From positions 1 to 25,436 of the IMG/VR virus record IMGVR_UViG_3300025018_000500: a stretch of DNA of 25,436 nt; one strand, 5' to 3'. Positions 1-8,700 of the stretch are shown here, one piece after another. Within the stretch, counting starts at the first letter, position 1. Every line of letters begins with the position of its first letter. The notes under the pieces were generated by a model. It was not told the DNA's origin. It worked only from the letters and a program-made list of their open reading frames with translations, and made no database searches. Source of the DNA: a virus. Its lineage: Duplodnaviria > Caudoviricetes. A program made the translations under genes and the position numbers.

Positions 1-12
1 TATGCTTGGCAT
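1..12 (-). CDS. Start of the next late gene (MPSI...), truncated by the window edge
   Basis: Minus strand reads TAGGAGATCGCCATG: a GGAG Shine-Dalgarno overlaps the stop of 22..546 and an ATG follows at 12. Only 4 codons are visible. Confidence 0.55.
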
Positions 13-21
13 GGCGATCTC

Positions 22-546
22 CTATCTTTGACCCCACACCTCGATCTGCCCCGATGTCATATTCCCGACATCAGGGGTGCCGCTCGATGTCGAGCCGCCA
101 AAGATTCGGATGCGATTGATCGGATTGGTCGAAGCGAGAAATTGGATCAGCTCGCTCGGCGCTTGGCTGTAAACCTGCGGCATGATCCCGCCGCCGGGTT
201 GCCATACGGTGATATTGCCGCTTCGCTCCGCTGCGGCACCTGTAAAATGAAACCCGATAGATGAACTGTTGGTCAGAACGCCATCAACGCTTGTGCGCGC
301 GTAATTTCCGTTAGCATTGAACCAGCTGGACCCGCCGTTGATGCTGAATTGCATACACCGCTGAACCGCCGCAGCGTGAACCACGCGGTCGACGATCACC
401 TGAAAAATGCTCATGCCCGTTACATCGACTTCAACGATAGGCGCGGGGCTCGCCGCCAAATTCACATCGGCCAAAGCGACGAACGGCCTGCCGCGCCGGA
501 CAAACCCGGAGCCGAAGCCTAGAAAACCGAATCCTGCCCCCCTCAC
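22..546 (-). CDS. Small fibre/spike-like virion protein, 174 aa, beta-rich C-terminal domain
   Basis: C-terminal part of ORF 22..882. The GTG at 546 overlaps the tailspike TGA (GTGA coupling). N-terminus MRGAGFGFLGFG; beta-rich end INRIRIFGG...MTSGQIEVWG; visibly more AT-rich than its neighbours. Function inferred from position. Confidence 0.65.
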   Translation of the reverse strand: MRGAGFGFLGFGSGFVRRGRPFVALADVNLAASPAPIVEVDVTGMSIFQVIVDRVVHAAAVQRCMQFSINGGSSWFNANGNYARTSVDGVLTNSSSIGFHFTGAAAERSGNITVWQPGGGIMPQVYSQAPSELIQFLASTNPINRIRIFGGSTSSGTPDVGNMTSGQIEVWGQR

Positions 547-2837
547 AGCCGCTGCACCTTCACAACAGGCAAGGACGAGAAGGTCAGCACCACCGCTGCG
601 CCGGACGGGATCAGCACCTGCCTTCCGGTCGAAGTGCCGATCTGATCGCCGCCAAGGCTCACGTTCGATACCGTGCCCCCGGTGATCGTCATGCTTTCCT
701 TTGCACCGCTGTTGTTGGTGTAGGTCCAGGGCGAAGCGCCCACCGCCACAGCGGTTGCGGTCGCTTGGTTGTTGTAACCGGGGCAAGCCTCGATCATCAG
801 ATTGGTCTGGCTTGCGCCTACATCGATCCCGCCGGTTGTATTCCCGCGCACCACCGCACCGATGATCGAAGTCCGGTCGCACCCGGCTGCGATGCTGATG
901 CCGAAGCCCTGACTGTTCCCTGCAACAGACACGCTATCGCCATATCTGCCGCCCGCGATGTGCGTATCAGCTGCACCCGCCGCGATCCGCAGGCCGTGAT
1001 AGGTGCCCGCCGCCTCGGTTCCGTTGTCGGTTGATTCCACCCCGTCCAAGCGCACATCGAGCGGGCCAGCTTCGCGCAAGATGCCGTGCTGCGCATTCCC
1101 CATGCAGCGGGTGCCTTCACCAAGCACCACGTTGCCACGGAAAGCAGCACCGATGCGCAGGCCGTTGCCCGTCTTGCACGAACCGATCCAGTTGATCCCA
1201 GCGCCGAAAAAGCCCTCGCCGCGCACCAGATCGCAGCCGACAAAATAGTTGTTGTCGCATTCGAGGTTGAGCGAGAACGTCCATACCGGGTAACTCGTCC
1301 CGGTGTTGGCGCTGTCCTCCATCGCAAAGCCGCGCGCGCCGTTCAGCAGCGCGGTATAACCCAGCACCAAAGAATAGGCGAAGCTGTCGTGGATAATGTG
1401 CGTGAGCGCATTATGGGACACGAACCGCAGCTTCGCCGTTCCGCTGTCAATATCCGTGGTGAACACGCTATCGGGGCTGGCGCCCGAAGGATAGCCGCTC
1501 GGCGCTGATCCACCCGCCACTCCGGCCTGCACACATTGCCAGATGGCGTTATTGGCTACGAAGTGGTCGCCGACCGCCAGCGACATGCCGCCCGTGAAGG
1601 TCTTGCGGTTGCCGGGGCCGGCAGCAACAGCCGCAGGCCAAGGATTGTCGCTGATCTGATCTTCGCACACCGCCCGGAACGACCGGGAGCTATTGCTCCC
1701 GGTGAACAGCGTTCCCACGGTGCCGAGCATGTAACGGCTGACAAGCCGCCAACGGCATTCCGTCGCCCCGTCAAGAAGCAGGCCGTTCCAGCCATATTCC
1801 GTGCGGATGTCCACGCGGCACGCGAAGGAGGCGCCCGTCAGCTTGACCGAATAGCCGCTGGTCTTGCGCACGGTCGGCCAGAAGCACACTTCGCTGATTT
1901 CGCTATGCTGGCAGGCGGAAAAGGTGATGGCATCGCCCGAGGTAAATGCCTCGCGGATCATCGTGCCCGCGCTACTTTTGCCCGCGCCGATGATGCGGAC
2001 ATTGTTCAGCGCCGTGAAGGTGAGCGGCGAATTCAGTGTATAGGTGCGCCGCGACAAGCGCACCACGCCGCCGCCGCCTGCCGCCAGCACAGCAGCAACC
2101 GCGCGGGTGATACAGGGGCCGTCATGCGCATCGGCCACCAACTTGAACTGGTCGGCCCACACTTCGCGCTGGAGCGCAGTTTGCAGGTTTTCATCGCGCG
2201 CTTCGGCCCCGGCCTGCTTGAACGCCACCAGCGCCGCGCCGCCCACCGCAGCAAGGTCAGCGCGCAGCGCCGCGTCAGATCCCGCAACCGGCGCGGTCGC
2301 AGGAACAGGCAGGCCCGTTCCGGCCGCGCCGACATAGTATTTGCCCGCAAACGGGGCGGCGAGAAACCGACGCAGCTTGCCGTCGCGGTAGGCGAGCAAA
2401 TCGCCGTCGATCAGGTCGGAGAAATCGACTTCCGGCGGCAATTGCCCGCGCGGCACCCGCAGCGCCAATTCCGTTTCGCGCGCCTGTTCCTGCGCAATCC
2501 GCGTCAGGCGGTCGAGGTCGGCCTCGACAGCGCGGCCCGGCGGAATCTTGAACGGGTCATACTCGCTCGGCTGCTCGACAGTCGTTTCGCGCTGGGCATG
2601 GAACACATCGCCGATGGGCCAGCTGCCAATGGCCGTGATCGAGCCATCGGCACCATTGACGGGCAAGGTGATGTTGTAGTGAACGCCGCGCAGCAGCATG
2701 GTGGGAATGCCGCTCGCGGGCTCATGGTAAACCGCGATGTCGTCCGCGTCGGTGAAACTGATCCCCGGCAACGCCTCGGGGGCTTGCGCTGATCCGGGCA
2801 TGTAGCGGTGAAAGGTTTGCTGCGCGTTGACCGACAT
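543..2837 (-). CDS. Tail fibre/tailspike, 764 aa: T7 gp17-like N-terminal adaptor plus pectate-lyase-like beta-helix (putative depolymerase)
   Basis: N-terminus FTDADDIAVY...RETTVEQ...EADLDRLTRIAQE resembles podovirus fibre anchors. GAALVAFKQAG...DGPCITRAV...VVRLSRRTY resembles a beta-helix cap, and G/N-rich beta-helix rungs follow. Located directly after the ejection genes. Confidence 0.85.
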   Translation of the reverse strand: MSVNAQQTFHRYMPGSAQAPEALPGISFTDADDIAVYHEPASGIPTMLLRGVHYNITLPVNGADGSITAIGSWPIGDVFHAQRETTVEQPSEYDPFKIPPGRAVEADLDRLTRIAQEQARETELALRVPRGQLPPEVDFSDLIDGDLLAYRDGKLRRFLAAPFAGKYYVGAAGTGLPVPATAPVAGSDAALRADLAAVGGAALVAFKQAGAEARDENLQTALQREVWADQFKLVADAHDGPCITRAVAAVLAAGGGGVVRLSRRTYTLNSPLTFTALNNVRIIGAGKSSAGTMIREAFTSGDAITFSACQHSEISEVCFWPTVRKTSGYSVKLTGASFACRVDIRTEYGWNGLLLDGATECRWRLVSRYMLGTVGTLFTGSNSSRSFRAVCEDQISDNPWPAAVAAGPGNRKTFTGGMSLAVGDHFVANNAIWQCVQAGVAGGSAPSGYPSGASPDSVFTTDIDSGTAKLRFVSHNALTHIIHDSFAYSLVLGYTALLNGARGFAMEDSANTGTSYPVWTFSLNLECDNNYFVGCDLVRGEGFFGAGINWIGSCKTGNGLRIGAAFRGNVVLGEGTRCMGNAQHGILREAGPLDVRLDGVESTDNGTEAAGTYHGLRIAAGAADTHIAGGRYGDSVSVAGNSQGFGISIAAGCDRTSIIGAVVRGNTTGGIDVGASQTNLMIEACPGYNNQATATAVAVGASPWTYTNNSGAKESMTITGGTVSNVSLGGDQIGTSTGRQVLIPSGAAVVLTFSSLPVVKVQRL

Positions 2838-2890
2838 CGACCTGATCCTGCCCGAAGGGCCGTGGCGGTGGGGACCGGAACGCAGGCCGC

Positions 2891-2919
2891 GTATTACGTC
2901 TTACGTCAAACCCTGTCAA
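2891..2919 (-). promoter_or_regulatory. Putative sigma70-like promoter for the tail-fibre gene
   Basis: Minus strand TTGACA (2919-2914), 17-bp spacer, TAATAC (2896-2891) in the 86-bp intergenic gap. Overlapped by ACGT/ACGT/ACGC at a 7-bp period. Confidence 0.6.
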
Positions 2920-2923
2920 CGCA

Positions 2924-5455
2924 TCACAGGCCGGTGGACGGCTGCACCGCCGCCTCGGTCGGCTGCGGGGCAAGGGCATTGCCCAGGTTCGGCGCGCGCC
3001 AATCGAAGGTCGATCCGGGCGGCGCAAAATACTGCGTCCCGCGCTCGGCGGCATAGCTCTCCAGCCTGCGATACCGCTCGTCGATCTTGTCGCCGTAAGC
3101 CCACTCGCTCATGAGGTCGCCGAACGTCCGGTCGATCAGCAGGCGGGTCTGCCACAGCGAAATGCCGGGGATTTCACTCATGGCGATCTTTGCCGCCGCC
3201 TTGCGCCACTTGTCGTCGTTTTCGGGATCGTCGTCGATCTGCCCCATCACGCCTTGGCCGACCGCGAAAAGGTTATCAGCCAGCTGCGCGCCCGGCCCAA
3301 CCAGCGTGTCCGCAATGCCCCCGCCAAAGCGGTTGCGGTTGCTGAACAGGAAATCCCCCACGATCCCCAGCCCACCGCCCTGCGCCATCGCAGCGGTCCA
3401 GAATTTCGCCGAAGGCAGGCCGTTTTCATCAAGCATCGGCAGCGGGTCACGCCCCCGCGCCACTTCCTTGACCTGCACCGACAATGCCCCGCCCAGCGTG
3501 GTCATTGCCATGATCGTAACGCCATAACGGAGCATGAATGCACCAGCCAGCGCACCGACATCGCGGGCGCGCAAGCCTTCATCGAGCATCCGCCCGCCGT
3601 GCATGTTCATGATCGTGATGGGGAACCCTTTGAACAGGAACGCGCTGCGGGTGATTTCCCCCATCCATGTCCCGCGCTTCCAGCCCGAATTGAGCATGGC
3701 GCGGGTGCGCAGGTCCGGCACCGGAACGGCAAAGTCGGCCTCGGTGACGATCATCCGCATCAGATTGTCGGCAATGCCCTGATGCCCGGCCTTGGCGGCG
3801 GTTTCGGGGTATATCCATTCGGCCCCGCGATCCATGTCCGGGGTCAGCGCCCGCAGGATGTCCCACTCGCCTTCACCAATGCCGTATCGCTGGAGCAAGC
3901 GGGCAAAGGCCGGATCGAGATTGCCGAACGCTCGGTCGCGCATGTGCGTAAGGTGCGACACCATTTCCATGCCGAAGGCTTGCCGGGCAATGTCGGTGTG
4001 CGCCGCCAGCCCGCTTGCGCGCAGCACCCCGGTTGCCATGCGCCGCGCGCCTTCATGCGCCAGTTCCTCGCCCAGCATCCGCCACTGGCCCGAATGCCCA
4101 TCCGCCCATTGATCGGCGATCAGCACATGCCGCGCCGCCTGCGCGCGGTCGGCGCTGTTGGCGGGGTTGAGCATCGAGATATAGCGGCCCATCACCTTCG
4201 AGGCTTCGAGCCCGTTGAACCGGGATGTCGAAATCATCAGGCCATAGTCGCCGCCAACCGAAAGCAGCGCACCGCCCAGCTTCGCGGCGGTCTGCTGCGC
4301 ACGGAAGATCGAAAAGCCCATTGCAAGGCGGCGGTTCACCGGCTTGTTGTTCGATCCCACATATTCGTCATACAGGCGATCAAGGCTTTCCGCGGTTCCG
4401 CGTGCCGCGTCCTTCACCTTCTCGCCTTCGCGCCCGGTCAGCTTCGCCATCTTTGCGCGCTGCTCGACAAGATCCTGCATGAATTTGAGGGTAGCGCGCG
4501 GATTGGTGCCCATCGTTTCCAGCGCCGCGATGTCGCGGGCCATGCCTTCGACATGCGCCACCATCGCATCGAACGGGCTTGCCGCACCGCCGAATTGCTC
4601 GGCATATTCATACCAGGCATCCGATGTGGCGAAGTGTAGGACGCGATGTTCAGCCCGGCGGTTTGCCAGCGCCCCGGCGGTGATTTCACCGGGGTTCTTG
4701 CGGCTCCAGCCATCGGTTGCCACCGCCTCGAACATGTCGGTCAGCAACAGCTCCAGCTTGGCATCGGACATCGGTTCGCCCGTGCCATAGTCGATCATCT
4801 GACTGCGATCGAGTCGATCCCAAATGAAGTCGCGCCACGCCTCGTATCCCGCATCGTTGATCCGGCGCATGTCGTGGGTCTGCGGAAGCCGCCAGCTGTC
4901 CATCTTGCCGATCTGCCCGCCAGCTGCGTTGAAGCGGCTGCGCAGCCATTCCGATGTCTCGCGCCATGCCTGCGCGATTTCCTTGGCGTTCAGGTCGCCC
5001 GTATCCTTGCTCCACAATTCGTCCATCACGTTGCGAAGGTCGCTGGGATTACGAACATTGCCCATCAGGTCGCGCCGAAACTTCTCCAGCATCCCGTAGA
5101 GCATCTGAAACGCCTGCTTGCGCACCGATTGGCGCAGCCCGTCCATATCGACGATGATCTGTTCGGTGCTGCGCTTATCAACGATCTTGCCGCGCGCCTC
5201 GGCATCCTGCTGCATCCGCATGGCGATTTGGTCCTGCGCCTTCTGCTGCAACAGGACATGCCGCTTGCGCTGCATCAGGTCGCTTTCCGCCTGCGCCAGC
5301 GCCTTTTCGGTCGCCATTGCTTCCGCCGCCGCCCGCCCGTAGCGCCCCTCGTATTGAAGGATCAGTTCTTCATACAGGGGGCGCAGCCGCTCGAACCGCT
5401 CCGGCGTGATAACGCCCCGGTCGCGCAAATCGGTCAGGCAGGTGCCAAGGCTCAT
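2924..5455 (-). CDS. Ejection/internal virion protein, 843 aa (gp16-like, membrane-interacting C-terminal half)
   Basis: Start reassigned to the ATG at 5455 (ATGA overlap with the 88-aa gene). Helical composition with hydrophobic Gly-rich segments (VGALAGAFMLRYGVTIMAMTTLGGALSV; GGGLGIVGDFLF). Last ejection gene before the fibre. Confidence 0.8.
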   Translation of the reverse strand: MSLGTCLTDLRDRGVITPERFERLRPLYEELILQYEGRYGRAAAEAMATEKALAQAESDLMQRKRHVLLQQKAQDQIAMRMQQDAEARGKIVDKRSTEQIIVDMDGLRQSVRKQAFQMLYGMLEKFRRDLMGNVRNPSDLRNVMDELWSKDTGDLNAKEIAQAWRETSEWLRSRFNAAGGQIGKMDSWRLPQTHDMRRINDAGYEAWRDFIWDRLDRSQMIDYGTGEPMSDAKLELLLTDMFEAVATDGWSRKNPGEITAGALANRRAEHRVLHFATSDAWYEYAEQFGGAASPFDAMVAHVEGMARDIAALETMGTNPRATLKFMQDLVEQRAKMAKLTGREGEKVKDAARGTAESLDRLYDEYVGSNNKPVNRRLAMGFSIFRAQQTAAKLGGALLSVGGDYGLMISTSRFNGLEASKVMGRYISMLNPANSADRAQAARHVLIADQWADGHSGQWRMLGEELAHEGARRMATGVLRASGLAAHTDIARQAFGMEMVSHLTHMRDRAFGNLDPAFARLLQRYGIGEGEWDILRALTPDMDRGAEWIYPETAAKAGHQGIADNLMRMIVTEADFAVPVPDLRTRAMLNSGWKRGTWMGEITRSAFLFKGFPITIMNMHGGRMLDEGLRARDVGALAGAFMLRYGVTIMAMTTLGGALSVQVKEVARGRDPLPMLDENGLPSAKFWTAAMAQGGGLGIVGDFLFSNRNRFGGGIADTLVGPGAQLADNLFAVGQGVMGQIDDDPENDDKWRKAAAKIAMSEIPGISLWQTRLLIDRTFGDLMSEWAYGDKIDERYRRLESYAAERGTQYFAPPGSTFDWRAPNLGNALAPQPTEAAVQPSTGL

Positions 5456-5718
5456 ACGACGATAGCAACCGCAATGGTTTCGCCGCCGTTCACCTCGAAC
5501 CACGTTTCGCTGACGACCAGCTCGGGCTCGCCGTTCGGGTTCACGGTGATCGGCGAATCGGTCGCCACACGGATAAACTTGGTGTTGAGGTTCAGCGTCA
5601 GGTTGCCCGCATCGGCACGGCCCTGCACATCAACGAATTGCTTGCGCGCGCCAAGGTGCAGCGGCGCACCGTTCGGCGAAAGGGCGGTGCCACGGTATTC
5701 GGTGATCGTCATATTCAT
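5452..5718 (-). CDS. Small beta-rich protein, 88 aa, possibly a virion decoration or spike base
   Basis: Strong SD (TAGGAGAG) before the ATG at 5718. Stop overlaps the next start. Alternating hydrophobic pattern (TKFIRVATD...WFEVNGGETIAVAIVV). Confidence 0.7.
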   Translation of the reverse strand: MNMTITEYRGTALSPNGAPLHLGARKQFVDVQGRADAGNLTLNLNTKFIRVATDSPITVNPNGEPELVVSETWFEVNGGETIAVAIVV

Positions 5719-5728
5719 CGTTGCTCTC

Positions 5729-8700
5729 CTACAGGCAGTCGCGGATAGTCTTGAGTTCGCTCGCTTCGCGGTCGAATTCCTCGATCATGTCGCGCAGCAT
5801 TTCATCGCCGCCCTCCGGGTCCAAACGGACCGTTGGCGCGTCGAACAGGTCGCCCGTGGTGTCGCGGGTGTCGAACAAGCCGCCGTCCGATCCTGCCGCC
5901 CGCTGCGGCACGGTGCCGCGCATCCGGCCCTCGGTCTGCCGCTCCAGCGCAATCCGCCGCTGATCCTGCGTCGGCGCTGCAAAGTCGGCTTGGGCTGGGG
6001 GCTTGCGGTTCATTTCCCACTGTCCCCGGTCGAAGCCGTGCAGCCACATGACGTTGTTGTCGTAGTCGCCGCCTTTGGGCTCGCCGCGCTTGGCCGCGTC
6101 AAATCCCAGCGCGAATTCCCGCGCCAGATCATCAGGCGTTTTCTTGTCGATCATCGCGCCTTCTTTGTTGGCGCGACGCATATCGCGGACAACTGCCAAG
6201 GCTTCCGCGCTCGGTGTTTCATCGGCAGGACGGCGCAATTCCCATCGCGCCGCAAGATCATCGGCAGGGGCGGGACCGCCCACCGCAGGGGCACGGGAAG
6301 GGGTGGCAACATTTTCCAAGTTAATTCCCATGCCCTGCGCAATCCGGGCCAGATCGCTTGACGGAATACCCACCCAATTCTGCCCTTCGATCACTTCCAG
6401 CTGGCCGTTGCGCACCCGCACGGTGCCTGCGCCATATTCGTTGATCCGGTTGCGGATGGGGTTTGCCATGCGGAATGTATCGGTGCCGGCATTGACGCGC
6501 TCGGCGATAGCCTCGGCCAGCGCCGCCTGCTCGACCTTCTTCTGCGCCAGAAACGCCTCGGAGGCCGCATTGCGGGCATCGTCGTATTGTTGGTCCCACC
6601 GCTCGCGCGCCGCGTCGAACCGCCCGATCACCGCATCAAGCCCGTCAGCATCGCCTGCCGCATCCCATAGCCGCGCGCGAGCCGCGTCCATTGCCAGCTG
6701 GCTTTCGTCGGTGTCGGGAAGATCCCGCATCGCCGCGAACATTTCATCCTCGGTCGCTGCGGGCGGCAGGCGGTCAAGCGATGTGGTTGCGGGCTTGCTG
6801 GTAAGCTCGCGCACTTTTGCTGGAGTAAGCGGGCCATCTGCCAACTCGCCCCCGGTATGCCATTGCACTCTCGCAGAAACCTTTTCACCGAGCGCGCGAG
6901 CAACTGCGACACGGTTATTGCCTTCCATGATGAAGGGATTGCCGTCTTTGTCGATGGAAATGAGGATCGGGCTTTCAGCACCTTTCCATCCTTCGCGTTC
7001 GACACTCTCCATCAGGTTGTCATATTTCGGTTGACCGGGCGCCGGGCGCTCGCCGTTGCGGCCCGGAATGCCTGCAAGATCGTTCGGATCAAACTCGACC
7101 ACATCTTTGGTATAAGCGGTCGTCGCTCCCAGCCTTCCATCACTGGTGCGCTCGCGCTGTCTTTCAAGCCACTCTCCGCCGGGATTGTCGTAACCGATCC
7201 CAGCCACACGCTCTTGGGAAGGCGCTGCTGGCGGCAATCGCTCCAGCGCCACCCGCGCATCATGCTCAAGGCTATGCGCCTGCGCCTTTACGGCTTCGCC
7301 TTGCGGGTCGAGGAACGGCGCGCGTTGTTCGGGTGTCAGATCGACTAGGGCGCGCCCGTCCGCTTCGCTTCCATCCGGGCCATCGCCTCCGCCACGAATG
7401 CCGCCCGCTTCCGGGTCGATTCCGGCAGGCTCGTATCCTGCGAGATCATCGCCTGCTGCTGGCGCTTCGCGGTCAGCTGGGAATCGTCCGTGGATCGCTT
7501 CATCATAATCAATGGCCTCATAGCTTGGTTCGGGGGAATTGGCGAATGCTTCGTCCTGGTTGCGCGCAGCCATCACGTTCAGGGCGTAATACAGCGCATC
7601 GCCTTCGCTCAGGTCGTCCGGGCGGGTCAGGACGGCCTCGATCAGATCATCAAGCAGATCGTCGTCGATCCACTCGCTCATGCCGAGGTCTTTGATCCCG
7701 CGCAGCACGGTCACGGCGGTTTCTTCCTTGGCGACACCGCGCTCGATGTCCTCAAGCTCCCAATCGGGCTCGGCCATACGCTCCATGCCCGTGTCCGGGT
7801 CGATGTCGCGCTTGTTGGTAATCACATCGTCGAGGAACGCGATCACATCCGATTCCGAAGGGCGGTCCACCAAGTCGCTCGGGCCGAAAACGCCGCGCTC
7901 CCACAGGAATTCGCCGACTTCATCGAGCGACATGCCACCCGGTCGAAGCAGCGGGCCGATCCCCGGCACGAAATGATCGAGCGACCCGGTGTTCCGCAGG
8001 TCATGGCCTGCGCGCTTGCGGGCCTGCCCAACAGGCGCGCCGCCTTCGTCGAAGCGTGGGGCACGGCCATCCGGGCGAATGCCGCCCATCGACGCGATCA
8101 TGCCGATGATGTCGGTCGCAGCGCGAGGACCGCCCGCACGGGGCCGCAGATACTTGCCCGTGGGAAGCCTGCGCCGCCGCCCGCGCGCATCCACGCCGAC
8201 CTTGAGCGCGCGCTTCAATTCGCCCTTGCCCACCATCCGGTCCAGCGCCCCGGTGACTTCGGCCTCGGTCGCCTCCAGCCTGCGCGCCAGCCCGGCGATG
8301 TCGTTCAGGTTGGCGCGGGTGTCCTGCGCCAGCTGACGCACCTGCTCCAGCACCGCGTTCGCGCGCGGGGAATCATCGCCGAAATCGGCGCGCCGCATGA
8401 ACAGCCCATTGTTTTCGGTGAGCCGCCCTTGCCGCGCCAGCTGCCGCAGGCCCTGCCGCACCGCATCGGTCGGCACACCCAATTCCGAAGCGATTTCCCC
8501 GGTCGCATTCAGCGCACGGCCCGGATCGGCGGCAATGCGCTCCAGCGCGGGCAGGATCACCGCGATTTCCGGGTCCACATCGGCCATGTCGGCGCGCGGC
8601 GCGATGGGCGCGATCGACTGCATGTCGTCGCCATCAACGCGCACGGGTTCGGGCAGGTCGGCAAACGGATCGGGCTCGCCCCGCGCGGCGGCGCGCTGCG

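Noticed and set aside
1-2923. BPP-1-type diversity-generating retroelement at the fibre genes
   Set aside because: No reverse transcriptase and no adenine-variant VR/TR repeat pair is visible in this window; one could still lie beyond the left edge.
6755-7246. Intein or IS as the explanation for the ParB-like insert
   Set aside because: No Cys/Ser...His-Asn splice junctions, no terminal inverted repeats and no transposase.
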